Positions 18,772-28,791 of a stretch of DNA of 64,000 bases are shown here, piece by piece (positions within the stretch are counted from its first letter, which is position 1; every line of letters begins with the position of its first letter). The notes under the pieces are model-generated. The model saw only the letters and a list, made by a program, of their open reading frames with translations. It made no database searches and was not told the DNA's origin. Source of the DNA: an uncultured candidate division Zixibacteria bacterium (GTDB lineage Bacteria; Zixibacteria; MSB-5A5; UBA10806; 4484-95). Location of the stretch: contig CAXXKA010000008.1 in NCBI GenBank assembly GCA_963668625.2, positions 416,001 through 480,000 of the forward strand, given 5' to 3'. A program made the translations under genes and the position numbers.

Positions 18772-19016
18772 CAATACTGTCCGGACTTTTCATCTCGTTG
18801 CGAAACTCTGCTTCGCAACGTGGCTTATGATGCGTATTCTACATGACTCAATAAGGTTTCCAGGCAGCGCTTGGAAACCAGGAAACCAAAGCCTAACATC
18901 GGCAGGATATGTCAGGATGTATAATTCGCTTAATATATAATTGTATCGGAAAACATATTTCACTAACAATTCCAGGGAGAGATTTAAAATTTACCGAAAA
19001 ACACCGGACACCAGTG
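18772..19016 (+). mobile_element. MITE family A copy 1 (IS4-type ends, no TSD seen)
   Basis: CAATACTGTCCGG...CCGGACACCAGTG; colinear with 25720-25974, with a small internal deletion. Confidence 0.85.
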
Positions 19017-19281
19017 ATATTCTATCTATAGTCAAATCAAAATCGAAACTAAGTTTCTATAATACATCAGTTTCCAAATCGGAGTTTGGAAGCAAGAAAT
19101 AAAATAACAACGCTTCGCTTTAAACGGATCCACCGGGTAAACCGATAGTTCTTAGCTCAAATAAAAAAAGCAACGCTTGCTTTATGCCACTGCTCCGCGT
19201 ATCTTAAATGATATGATTATGTGGGGGTAGGGCTTGTAGCGGGAAGTCTTAAAACTATAAGCTTACTTTATTAAAACCTAT

Positions 19282-20547
19282 CACTAGTGTCCGGGCTTTG
19301 AGGCTGGCTTGACAGACCTCCTATAATAAGGGTGTAAACGCTAATTATAACACCTTTGTTTACAGGAGGTTAAAAATGCAAGGGAAGGTTACAATACTTC
19401 GCCAGATAACGCAAATGATTTCTCGATACGATTTCCAAAAAGCAGTTTCGACTGGCAAAGGGCGGCATTTCACGGTTTCTTTCGGCTACTGGTCGCACCT
19501 GGTGGCGATGATATTCGGGCAATTATCGGAGCAGCAATCGCTGCGTGATCTGGTCTTGAATCTTTCCCGTCAGGCGCATAGGTTTTACCATCTGGGTATG
19601 TCAAAGATACGCCGTTCGACTTTTTCGGATGCCAACAATCATCGGCCCTCGGCAATATACGAGAACTTGTTTTACATATTATTGAATCGTTACGGTTGTC
19701 ATTTTCAAGGCAAAAACCGGAAGCTGGGGAATAAATTATACTCAGTTGATTCGACGGTCATAGATTTGTGTCTGGGGTTATTTTATTGGGCTAAATTCAG
19801 AACGACCAAGGCCGGTGTCAAGCTTCATGTCAGGTTAAACCATGATGGTTACATCCCTGATTTTGCGGTTGTCACCAATGCCAATATTCATGATTCCAGA
19901 GTCAGGAAGATGTTCAATTTACCGGCTGGCAGTATCGTGACTTTCGACAAAGGCTACAATGACTACAGTCTTTTCAAGTTATTAAATGATAAGGGGATAA
20001 TCTTTGTCACGCGGCAGAAGAATAACGCTAAATACAAAGTAATCAAACGGTGTAGAACTAATCGTAAGCAAGGAGTCACCTCCGATCATTGGATTGAATT
20101 TACCGGTTTTTACTCCAAGCAAAAATGTTCGATTAGGCTGAGACGAATCCGTTATATCGATAAAGAAACCGGTAAAGTTTATGTATTCCTGACCAATGAT
20201 TTCAAACATGCCGCCTCGACTATTGCCGACATTTATAAGCAGCGCTGGCAGATAGAATTGTTTTTTAAAGCGTTAAAACAGAACCTTGTGATCAAGACTT
20301 TCTGGGGTACCTCCAAGAACGCAGTATATTCCCAGATCTGGGTGGCTTTGATAATCTATTTGTTAATGAGCGCGCTGAAATACAAATACAAAATATCGGC
20401 CTCAGTTGGAAAGTTAATTCAGAGAATCCGGTCATTCGTGTTTGAAAAAGATGATGTCCTGAGATTCCTTAAAGACCAAATACCAATCCCAATACAAATC
20501 GCTCAAACATCTCAAATTAACCTGTCCCTAAAGGCCGGACACTAGTG
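19282..20547 (+). mobile_element. Complete IS4-family insertion sequence (1266 bp)
   Basis: Terminal IRs CACTAGTGTCCGG / CCGGACACTAGTG; 9-bp TSD AAAACCTAT (19273-19281, 20548-20556). Confidence 0.95.
19376..20545 (+). CDS. IS4-family transposase (DUF4372 + DDE_Tnp_1)
   Basis: SLRDL, RSTFSDAN, VDSTVI, FDKGY, IYKQRWQIELFFKALKQ (YREK motif); stop codon lies inside the right IR. Confidence 0.96.
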   Translation: MQGKVTILRQITQMISRYDFQKAVSTGKGRHFTVSFGYWSHLVAMIFGQLSEQQSLRDLVLNLSRQAHRFYHLGMSKIRRSTFSDANNHRPSAIYENLFYILLNRYGCHFQGKNRKLGNKLYSVDSTVIDLCLGLFYWAKFRTTKAGVKLHVRLNHDGYIPDFAVVTNANIHDSRVRKMFNLPAGSIVTFDKGYNDYSLFKLLNDKGIIFVTRQKNNAKYKVIKRCRTNRKQGVTSDHWIEFTGFYSKQKCSIRLRRIRYIDKETGKVYVFLTNDFKHAASTIADIYKQRWQIELFFKALKQNLVIKTFWGTSKNAVYSQIWVALIIYLLMSALKYKYKISASVGKLIQRIRSFVFEKDDVLRFLKDQIPIPIQIAQTSQINLSLKAGH

Positions 20548-20659
20548 AAAACCTATAGATGATTAATGTTTGTTTGAAAGCTTATTCCGCTTTCCAAACG
20601 GCGCCTTTGAAAATTCCATTCGGAATGTTATAAAACATTTGGATGGATTACACCCTAAA

Positions 20660-20687
20660 AAAACCCGCCTGTAAAAGGGCGGGTTTG
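20660..20687 (-). terminator. Rho-independent terminator
   Basis: AAACCCGCC...GGCGGGTTT hairpin with an A-run on the left (U-tail on the minus strand), downstream of the porin gene. Confidence 0.65.
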
Positions 20688-20709
20688 AATGATAGTCTAT
20701 ACTTTATAT

Positions 20710-21294
20710 TTAGAACATGAAACCTATACCGATTGAAATATTGAGATTGCGATTGGTAGCATTACCGGCATCCTCATCGACGAGGTTTAGGAAACCAAGG
20801 CCTACTCTGAAATCGGACAAGAGGTTTCTATCGTTATTGAAATCAACACCGAATACCACTCCAGCATCAAGATTGTTATATTGATCTTTAACATCAAACG
20901 TCGTATCCAAAATTTCATAATCGGCAGTAAGTAAGAAACTAACCTCGGGGCCAAAATAAAACGATGGTCTGATCTCATTTTCCTGAAGGAATTTGATTTT
21001 TAAAAGTATCGGAACCTCAATGTAATTTAGCATTTGTGAGACATTAAACCCGGATACTTTTTGCTTTGTGCCTTTCATCGAGAAACGCACTTCAGGTTGG
21101 ATAGCGAATGATTCGCCCATATCGAATGTAACGAACGGGCCGCCGAAAAAGCCGGTTTTTAAACTGTTTTCTTTGATGTCACCATATTGAGTCGAACCGT
21201 TACCGCCGAATTTCAAACCAACCGATACCTCGGCAATTGCTGCCTGATAAAAAAAGACCGAAACGAGAATAGAGTAGGCCAATAGTTTTCGCAT
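20710..21294 (-). CDS. PorT-like outer-membrane beta-barrel protein
   Basis: Signal peptide, GLKFGGNGS, AIQPEV.FSMKG, LNYIEVPILLK, GPEVSFLL, terminal Phe. Confidence 0.85.
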   Translation of the reverse strand: MRKLLAYSILVSVFFYQAAIAEVSVGLKFGGNGSTQYGDIKENSLKTGFFGGPFVTFDMGESFAIQPEVRFSMKGTKQKVSGFNVSQMLNYIEVPILLKIKFLQENEIRPSFYFGPEVSFLLTADYEILDTTFDVKDQYNNLDAGVVFGVDFNNDRNLLSDFRVGLGFLNLVDEDAGNATNRNLNISIGIGFMF

Positions 21295-21505
21295 TATGCA
21301 CTCCCTTGCCTTTGTATTTTCAATACTATTTTTATAACTCTATAATTCTAATCGGATTAGATTTCAATAAAATTAACTATTTAGTAGAGAGGTTTTTATA
21401 AATTAACGATGGCTGTTCAGGTTTAGAAACATTTAAATTTAATAAAAAAACTGCGAAAATGCCGTAATTAAAAGAATTCAAACTTGATAATATGATAAAA
21501 AACAT

Positions 21506-21660
21506 AAACACTATCCGGTTTTTCCTTCTCGTTGCGAATCGCTGGGATTATTGAAAATGTTCTTATTGGATAGCTGCGGTGTCAAAAAAGCCCGTTCCAA
21601 GTGTCGACGGGCGGACGAAATCCTTTGTTCATCCTTTCGGGGTGATATCCTGCGCGATAA
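21506..21660 (+). repeat. Fragment of MITE A left end interrupted at its REP loop by repeat family B
   Basis: ...TATCCGGTTTTTCCTTCTCGTTGCGAATCGCT then GGGATTATTGAAAA...GGATAGCTGCG...AAATCCTTTGTTCATCCTTTC shared with 58300-58445 and 40040-40137; right boundary approximate. Confidence 0.65.
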
Positions 21661-21772
21661 CAGCCGTATGGGAATGATCTTACCGGCTCGGGAAAATATA
21701 ATAAAGCGAGAAACATGCGGAAAAACCGTTTTAAGTTGACAGGCTATTTTCACAAGCTTTATACTAAACTAT

Positions 21773-23332
21773 ATGAGAAATTCGCTGATTATCATAATAA
21801 TAATAGCGGTTATGCTCTCCCGGGCGGGAGCTGATACCGGGGAGGTGGATATGAGTTCAAAGGTCAGGGAGCCCGCTGTTGCCGGATCGTTTTATCCCGG
21901 CGACCCATCCAGCCTGGCTAAGATGATCGCCGGCATGATGGCTAAAACCAGCAAGCCGGATATTCCGGGTGAAGTAGTGGCGTTGATAGTGCCGCACGCC
22001 GGTTATATATATTCCGGCCCGGTGGCATCGCATGCTTTCAAAGCAATACAGGGTTACGAGTATAAGGATGTCATAGTGATCTCGCCCTGCCACGTAGAGG
22101 CTTTTTCGGGTGCGGCGGTATATTCGGGGGATGCCTACCGGACGCCGTTCGGCGATATTAAAATCAACCATGAGCTTTCAGGGAAGATTGCCGGTAGTTC
22201 GGAGTATGTCGAACTATCCGATAAAGGACATCGCCTGACAAGCCGGGGGGGCGAGCATTCTCTGGAGGTTGAACTTCCGTTTTTGCAGACTATGCTGGGC
22301 GAGTTCGGCCTGGTAGCTATTGTCATGGGCAGCCAGGATTTCGCCACTTGCCGCGGACTGGCTGAGGCTATCGCCGGAGTTTGCAGGGGCCGGGATGATA
22401 TTCTGATTGTAGCCAGTAGCGACTTATCTCATTTTCATGATTACAAGAAAGCTAAAAATCTCGATTTACGAATAGTGGAATCGATAAATCAATACGATTA
22501 TAAAACCCTTCACAATGATTTGGAGAACCGCAAGGTAGAGGCCTGTGGAGGCGGCCCGATAGTAACGGCCATGATAGCCTCCGAGATGGCCGGCGCAAAC
22601 GGCGCGAAAGTGGTAAATTATGCTAATTCGGGGGATGTCTCGGGAGATAGCAGTTCAGTCGTTGGGTATCTGGCCGGCGTGATATATAAAGGCGAGAAAG
22701 ATCGTAAAGTCTACGAAATAAACATCGAGGAGGATGAGACCGACGAGGATATCGACATTAATCCGGCCTCAGGCGTTGATTTCGGGCTTTCCGAGCATGA
22801 GAAAAAGCAACTTCTGGATTTGGCCGAAAACGCGATTAAAGCCAGGCTGGCAGGTGAAAACCTGGCATTGAATAAACCAGAATACGGCGGAGTACTTGCC
22901 GAAAAGCGTGGCGCGTTCGTTACCCTGACTATCGAAGGGAATCTTCGGGGCTGTATTGGGTATATTCACGCGGTAAAGCCTCTTTATGAAACGATTGCCG
23001 AGATGGCCGTTCAGGCGGCGTTTCACGACCCGCGATTCCCACAGCTAACGAAACCCGAATTTAAACGTATAGAGATTGAGATTTCGGTTTTAACGCCGAT
23101 GATAAAAGTAGTAGATCCTATTCAGGATGTTGTAGTTGGCCGGGATGGATTATTCCTGGTTAAGGGACGGTTTAGCGGGCTTTTATTGCCACAGGTGCCG
23201 GTGGAACATAACTGGGATAGAGACACTTTTCTCGATCAGACCTGCCTGAAAGCCGGTCTGCCGCCGGGAACCTGGAAAGATACGGAAACGGAAATATTCC
23301 GTTTTCAAGCGGACATTTTCGGAGGAAAGTAA
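21773..23332 (+). CDS. amrB: AmmeMemoRadiSam protein B (Memo) - protein A (AMMECR1) fusion
   Basis: REPAVAGSFYP, PHAGYIYSG, EHSLEV, SSDLSH, CGGGP; C-terminal GAFVTL..LRGCIG, AFHDPRF, GLLLPQV; alternative start 21851. Confidence 0.92.
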   Translation: MRNSLIIIIIIAVMLSRAGADTGEVDMSSKVREPAVAGSFYPGDPSSLAKMIAGMMAKTSKPDIPGEVVALIVPHAGYIYSGPVASHAFKAIQGYEYKDVIVISPCHVEAFSGAAVYSGDAYRTPFGDIKINHELSGKIAGSSEYVELSDKGHRLTSRGGEHSLEVELPFLQTMLGEFGLVAIVMGSQDFATCRGLAEAIAGVCRGRDDILIVASSDLSHFHDYKKAKNLDLRIVESINQYDYKTLHNDLENRKVEACGGGPIVTAMIASEMAGANGAKVVNYANSGDVSGDSSSVVGYLAGVIYKGEKDRKVYEINIEEDETDEDIDINPASGVDFGLSEHEKKQLLDLAENAIKARLAGENLALNKPEYGGVLAEKRGAFVTLTIEGNLRGCIGYIHAVKPLYETIAEMAVQAAFHDPRFPQLTKPEFKRIEIEISVLTPMIKVVDPIQDVVVGRDGLFLVKGRFSGLLLPQVPVEHNWDRDTFLDQTCLKAGLPPGTWKDTETEIFRFQADIFGGK

Positions 23333-23393
23333 AATAAAGCATCAGATAAAAAATTTTAAAACCCCTAAGAAGGGATTTCTGAGTAGAATATAC

Positions 23394-24626
23394 ATGCTGG
23401 TTCTACCGATTATTCTGGTAATATCGGTACTGGCATTCGCTATGGCTATACTTTACGATAATTACGATTCTTTCCAGCAAAGCCGGGCAGAATATAAGCC
23501 GGAGGTCGAGCAAGTTATTATCTCCGAAATCTATACCGGCCATGTTCATCAAAACAGCTCGCTCTATGCCGAACTTCTGAACCAGGAGGTTCCGAAATTA
23601 GCGGTTGCTAAAATCACTAATAAATTCTCGGAGCTTTTCGATCTGCATCATTCTCATCCCGGTGATGAGTTCAAGCTATTCATGACAGCCGAGGATACGG
23701 TATTGGCTTTCGAGTACACTACACACGATCTGAAAAAATACCGGCTCGAACGTTCCGGGGATAACTATATCGATATGGTAACCGAGGTGGAGCTGGAGCA
23801 GCGGATAGAATTCATAAGCGCCGTTATCGAGACTAATCTCTGGGAGGCGTTAATCAGCCAGATTCCCGAACCCGAGCTGTTCACTAAAATAACCGATATC
23901 TACGCCTGGGAGATAGATTTCTTTACCGAATCTCGAATCGGAGATAAATTCAAAGTGGTATTCGAGACTTTTTACAAGGACAGTGTATTCGTAAAATGCG
24001 GAGATATTTTAGCCGCTGAATACACGCTAAACGGCACTCCCCATCGCGCCTTTCTCTATTCCGACCCTGAAGGCTATACCGATTACTATGATGAGAACGG
24101 CTATTCTCTCAAGCGCGCGCTTTTAAAATCACCGTTAAACTACAGGCGTATCTCCTCGCGATATTCGCAAAGTCGTCTTCATCCGGTTTTCAAAGTATAT
24201 CGACCTCATCTGGGTGTTGACTATGCCGCGGCAATCGGTACGCCGGTGGTATCCGCCGGGGATGGTATTGTTAAAATCAAGGGTTGGGTGAGAGGTTTCG
24301 GTAACTATATCGAGATCGAGCATGAGTACGGTATATCCACCACCTACGGACATCTTAATGATTATGCCAAGGGTATCGTTGAGGGGAGACGAGTCAGGCA
24401 GGGGCAGGTAATCGGTTATGTCGGGCAGACTGGTGTTGCCACCGGGCCACATCTGGATTACCGCGTGAAAAAAGACAAACGATTTGCCAATCCTCTCAAA
24501 ATGACTATTCCGGCCTCGATTCCGGTCAAGCCCGAATATTTCGACGATTTCTCGCATCAGGTATCGTTGCAGATGAATTTCCTCAACCGTCACGTAGACC
24601 GCGATCTTTACGTGATGAACCAATAG
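23394..24626 (+). CDS. M23 peptidoglycan DD-metalloendopeptidase (MepM-like)
   Basis: RPHLGVDYAA, YGHL, ATGPHLDY; N-terminal TM and OapA/Csd3-like region. Confidence 0.92.
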   Translation: MLVLPIILVISVLAFAMAILYDNYDSFQQSRAEYKPEVEQVIISEIYTGHVHQNSSLYAELLNQEVPKLAVAKITNKFSELFDLHHSHPGDEFKLFMTAEDTVLAFEYTTHDLKKYRLERSGDNYIDMVTEVELEQRIEFISAVIETNLWEALISQIPEPELFTKITDIYAWEIDFFTESRIGDKFKVVFETFYKDSVFVKCGDILAAEYTLNGTPHRAFLYSDPEGYTDYYDENGYSLKRALLKSPLNYRRISSRYSQSRLHPVFKVYRPHLGVDYAAAIGTPVVSAGDGIVKIKGWVRGFGNYIEIEHEYGISTTYGHLNDYAKGIVEGRRVRQGQVIGYVGQTGVATGPHLDYRVKKDKRFANPLKMTIPASIPVKPEYFDDFSHQVSLQMNFLNRHVDRDLYVMNQ

Positions 24627-24812
24627 CAATTCTATCGCTAATTACAAATTGTACAGGTATGATAATTCGAGGCTATAATATAAAATTTTCTGCGCTAATA
24701 AATTATCTCATTTGGGGCCTGGAACCGAAATCCGGAAATGAGCACACCGTCTAATCACATTCAAGCATTTCTCTCTTGAAAAATCCCGCAGAATATATTA
24801 ATTTTATCCGCG

Positions 24813-25589
24813 ATGACATCATTTACGAAACTGATAACCACACTGGCTATACTGCTTCTTGTAACCGCCGCTGGATATTGCAGTGATGCTATACTCGTGC
24901 TTAGATTCGACTGCCAGGGTAAAGCCTCGCCGCTTGCCAAACCGCTCGAGGATTCACTCAAGGCAAATCTTCGCCTGCTGAATATTCCCACCGTGCAGCG
25001 TTCGAGATGGCAGAGCCTGATACAATCGAGCGGCTTTAAAGAAAGCGATATGAATTATAATCCGCCGGTTTTGTCTCGCCTGGTGAATAAACTGGGTGCG
25101 AAAGGCGCGGTGTATGGTCAGGTATATGAGAAAAATGGTATGCTCATTCTGGATGCTTACTATATCGAGCCGGGTGCAGAGAAGCCGATTGATATCGAGC
25201 CGATGGTTGGTTACAAGTACGAGGATATTCTCGATATGACCTGGGAGTTGGCGGTGATAGTCTCACAGGAGGACAAGCGGCCGCCGAAAGTTAGCAGGGT
25301 TGAACCCTCAGACAGCGCCGTGTTGGAGGATCAGTATATCTGGTTCTCGCTGTATTTCGATGAGCCGATGAATCCCGAGAGTTTCGCTATCACCGGTGAA
25401 CCGGAGGATATGTTTTTCACGGTCGGCGATTATGTTTACAACGAGCGGGAGAACTGCTTCAAGGTCAAGATGCATCTATACCCCGGCAAGAGCTATACGT
25501 TCAGGGTAAACGGGCCGGGTATCAAGCCGTTTTTGGATAGATATGGGAATGTAGCCGAGACTTTCGAGTGGCAGGTGTTCACGCGGTAG
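24813..25589 (+). CDS. Secreted protein with C-terminal Ig-like (Big_5) domain
   Basis: Signal peptide; PPKVSRVEP...LYFDEPMNPES...PGKSYT...D.YGN....W.F.T. Confidence 0.7.
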   Translation: MTSFTKLITTLAILLLVTAAGYCSDAILVLRFDCQGKASPLAKPLEDSLKANLRLLNIPTVQRSRWQSLIQSSGFKESDMNYNPPVLSRLVNKLGAKGAVYGQVYEKNGMLILDAYYIEPGAEKPIDIEPMVGYKYEDILDMTWELAVIVSQEDKRPPKVSRVEPSDSAVLEDQYIWFSLYFDEPMNPESFAITGEPEDMFFTVGDYVYNERENCFKVKMHLYPGKSYTFRVNGPGIKPFLDRYGNVAETFEWQVFTR

Positions 25590-25719
25590 CGCTGTGGACC
25601 TCTTTAAATATTCTATCCGATTTTAAAAGATTGATTGATTCCTCGGTCCCTTTCAATGACAGCCTTTGACAAACATCCTGTATTATCACCTCCGCTACAC
25701 CTCAACAATCAAACCCGAT

Positions 25720-25974
25720 CACTACTGTCCGGTCTTTTCATCTCGTTGCGAAGCGCTGCTTCGCAACGTGGCTTGTTTGCCGGCAGAATGCGCATTCTAC
25801 ATGATTCAAGAAGGTTTCCAAGCAGCGCTTGGAAACCAGAAAACCAAGCCTAACATCGGCAGGATATGTCAGGATGAATGATACGCTGAATAAAATAATT
25901 ATATCGGAAAATATTTTTCATTAACAATTCCAAGGAGAAACTTAAAATTTAACGAAAAACACCGGACACTAGTG
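25720..25974 (+). mobile_element. MITE family A copy 2 (255 bp)
   Basis: CACTACTGTCCGG...CCGGACACTAGTG; perfect 9-bp TSD AAACCCGAT. Confidence 0.93.
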
Positions 25975-26028
25975 AAACCCGATAAAATATCGCTTGACTA
26001 ATACTTTCTGAATTATCACTATTAGCTT

Positions 26029-26910
26029 ATGAATACGATCACTGAACAAACTACGATATGCCTTGCCCTGAAAGAGTATGGCCAGGTCGGGCCGAAACTG
26101 TTCCAGAACCTGCTCATGCTTTACGGGCATCCCGAAAATATCTATGATCACTCCGCCGAGCAGATAGCCACGATGGTTGATATCAATCTCGAGCGCGCCG
26201 GCAAAATAGTCTCCTCCCGTGACCGTCTGGCTGAAGCGCAGGAGACTATCGAGTATTATCAAACATTAAATGTATCAACAACCAGCTTTCTGGATGATGA
26301 CTACCCCGAATCGCTGCGCAATATCCCCGATCCTCCGCTTGTAATTTATACACGGGGAGATATCGATATACTGAAGCATAGCGGAATAGCGCTAGTTGGC
26401 ACCACCTCGGCCAGCCAGGAGGGTATAAGAGCGGCGGTTGATTTCTCCAAAGCTTTTATCGAGGCCGATAAATCGATTGTATCAGGGCTGGCTATTGGCA
26501 TTGATTCCTCGGCGCATCTCGCAGCGCTGAAAAACGCCGGCAAAACGGTGGCGGTGCTCCCCAGCGGCCCGGTTAATATTTATCCGGAGGAAAATGAGCC
26601 ATTAGCCAAACTCATTACCGATTCGGGCGTATTACTTTCAGAGTATGATATACACGCGAAAGCCATACCGGGGCGGCTGGTATCGCGCAACCGACTTATT
26701 GCCGGACTGTCGAAAGCAGTTTTAATCGTTCAGGTAGGCGAAAAGAGACGGGGCGAACTTCACGCGGGGCAGGCGGCTATTGATCAGGGCAAGCCGGTTT
26801 TTATCTACGACCCGTATGATCGTTACGCCAATGAGGAGTTGTTGAACAATATGGTGATAAAAATTAAAAGTACCGAACAAATAGATGATATCCTGAGTTA
26901 CATTGTATAA
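26029..26910 (+). CDS. dprA: DNA-processing protein DprA
   Basis: YPESLRNIPDPP, IVSGLAIGIDS.AH, IYPEEN, SRNRLIAGLS. Confidence 0.93.
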   Translation: MNTITEQTTICLALKEYGQVGPKLFQNLLMLYGHPENIYDHSAEQIATMVDINLERAGKIVSSRDRLAEAQETIEYYQTLNVSTTSFLDDDYPESLRNIPDPPLVIYTRGDIDILKHSGIALVGTTSASQEGIRAAVDFSKAFIEADKSIVSGLAIGIDSSAHLAALKNAGKTVAVLPSGPVNIYPEENEPLAKLITDSGVLLSEYDIHAKAIPGRLVSRNRLIAGLSKAVLIVQVGEKRRGELHAGQAAIDQGKPVFIYDPYDRYANEELLNNMVIKIKSTEQIDDILSYIV

Positions 26911-27055
26911 AGCAACGATTACGAAATGTTTAAATCTTGACAACCATCTGGGAATATATTAATTAATTGTAGCTGCAGTCTTATTAATCCCCAGCGGGCA
27001 AACGAATCACTCTGCGATTTGAGGTTTAAAACGCAGGGAAAGATGATAGAGGTAA

Positions 27056-27682
27056 ATGCAAGAGAATAATCATAATAATGATATCTTTCTTCAGATAAAG
27101 GAATCAGCAAGGGCGGAGATCAAGATCAAGGGCAGTCGTTTTATAGCCTCGGCCCGACGGGTGCGTACGGAGGATGAGGCAAACGCCGCTATCGCCGAAA
27201 TAAAGAAAGAGTTTCATGATGCCACCCACAACTGCTACGCCTGGAAAGTCGGGCATGGCAAAAGGATGAGGTATCGTTATAATGATGACGGCGAGCCTAA
27301 CAACACTGCCGGTTTGCCCATACTAAAATCGATAGACAACCGACGTCTTTCCAATATACTCATTGTGGTCACTCGCTATTTCGGTGGTGTCAAGCTGGGC
27401 ACCGGCGGCCTGATACGGGCTTACAGCAAGGCCACCATGGATGTTTTACGCGAGGCCGATATCGAGAAGGGCTTCCTTGTCGAGGAGTTCAATTTCAAGG
27501 TCGGTTTCGAATTCGTTAATTTGATACACAGTTTAATTGCCAACCATAAAGCCACGCTTGTCGATTCCTCCTATGGCGAGGAGGTGCTTTTCAAAGTCGG
27601 CGTGCGCGCCTCGAGAGCCAAAGAGTTCAAGACCAAGTTACGGGATGGCACGAACGGCCAGGTGGAGTTTGTCCGCAAATAA
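27056..27682 (+). CDS. YigZ/IMPACT family protein
   Basis: KGSRFI, DATHNCYAW, DDGEP..TAG.PIL, VTRYFGGVKLGTGGLIRAY. Confidence 0.95.
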   Translation: MQENNHNNDIFLQIKESARAEIKIKGSRFIASARRVRTEDEANAAIAEIKKEFHDATHNCYAWKVGHGKRMRYRYNDDGEPNNTAGLPILKSIDNRRLSNILIVVTRYFGGVKLGTGGLIRAYSKATMDVLREADIEKGFLVEEFNFKVGFEFVNLIHSLIANHKATLVDSSYGEEVLFKVGVRASRAKEFKTKLRDGTNGQVEFVRK

Positions 27683-28592
27683 GAAATACCTGGCAGTCGG
27701 TGTCGGCCTGTGTGCGCTGGACTATATCTGTATAGTGGATAAATTCCCGGTCGCCGATCAGAAACTGGATGCCTGTGCGTTCAGCCGTCAGGGAGGAGGA
27801 CCCGTTGCCACCGCCCTGTGTACGCTGGGGCATTTCGGCGCCGAGGTCAGTTTTATCGGCAAGGTGGGGAACGATCCGGAGGGCAGGCTTATCGCCTCGG
27901 AGATGAATCGTTTCAATGTCGAGACCACGAGTATGGTGTTCGATGCCTACAGCCGCACTCCCCGTGCTTTTATCTGGGTGGATAAGACTACCGGCGCGCG
28001 TACTGTCGTGCTCGATCGCACCGAGATTGCCGACATGGCTCCCGAGGAGCTGGATAAAAACCTGCTGCAATCCTGTCGCTATATTCATCTCGATGGCCGC
28101 GAGACAAAGGCCTCTTTTCATGCCGCCAAAATCGCCAAGGATGCCGGCGCGGAGGTAGTTCTCGATGTCGGCAGTCCGCGAGAGGGTATTAACGAGCTTC
28201 TGCCGCTGGTCGATCACCTGGTGGTATCAAAATCGTTTTCCGATAAGTTTACCGATAACGAGGAGCCGGGTCAGGCCGCCATGAAATTTTTAGGTATGGG
28301 ATTCAAAACGGTGGTTATCACGCTGGGCAGTTACGGCAGTGTTTGCGCTACCGAGGGTGATTTTTTCCAGACTGACGCCTTCGATATCGAGGTGCTGGAT
28401 ACTACCGGCGCGGGGGATGTTTTTCACGGCGCGTATATCTACGGCCTATCCAAGGGTTGGGATTTAAAAGAGGTGGTAGAGTTCGCCTCAGCCGCCGCGG
28501 CCATGAAATGCGTACGCATAGGAGGCCGTCAGGGCATACCCACGGTAGATGAGGTAGTGCAGTTTATGGAAGTTAAGCGCGGCCGGTTGTAA
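27669..28592 (+). CDS. PfkB-family carbohydrate kinase
   Basis: GGGPVATA, GKVGND, DTTGAGDVFHG; TTG start inferred, overlapping the yigZ stop. Confidence 0.9.
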   Translation: MSANKKYLAVGVGLCALDYICIVDKFPVADQKLDACAFSRQGGGPVATALCTLGHFGAEVSFIGKVGNDPEGRLIASEMNRFNVETTSMVFDAYSRTPRAFIWVDKTTGARTVVLDRTEIADMAPEELDKNLLQSCRYIHLDGRETKASFHAAKIAKDAGAEVVLDVGSPREGINELLPLVDHLVVSKSFSDKFTDNEEPGQAAMKFLGMGFKTVVITLGSYGSVCATEGDFFQTDAFDIEVLDTTGAGDVFHGAYIYGLSKGWDLKEVVEFASAAAAMKCVRIGGRQGIPTVDEVVQFMEVKRGRL

Positions 28593-28791
28593 AATACAAT
28601 TTGTAATACTATATCTGTAAAATAATCATATTTTAGTTGTCATTCTTAATTTAACTGTCTCTATATTGCTTTCTATAGATTTCATTTAAAAGGATTTAAC
28701 TAATTAATTGTGATAGCATGTTAGCTATTAAACTATGTACTTTGATTATTGGAATTATTTGTTTTACTACGAAAAGTATTATAGTTTATAC

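Noticed and set aside
25635-25881. ORFs 25635..25853, 25666..25881, 58637..58822 and 21511..21753
   Set aside because: Read through MITE/REP sequence; no RBS or protein-family motifs
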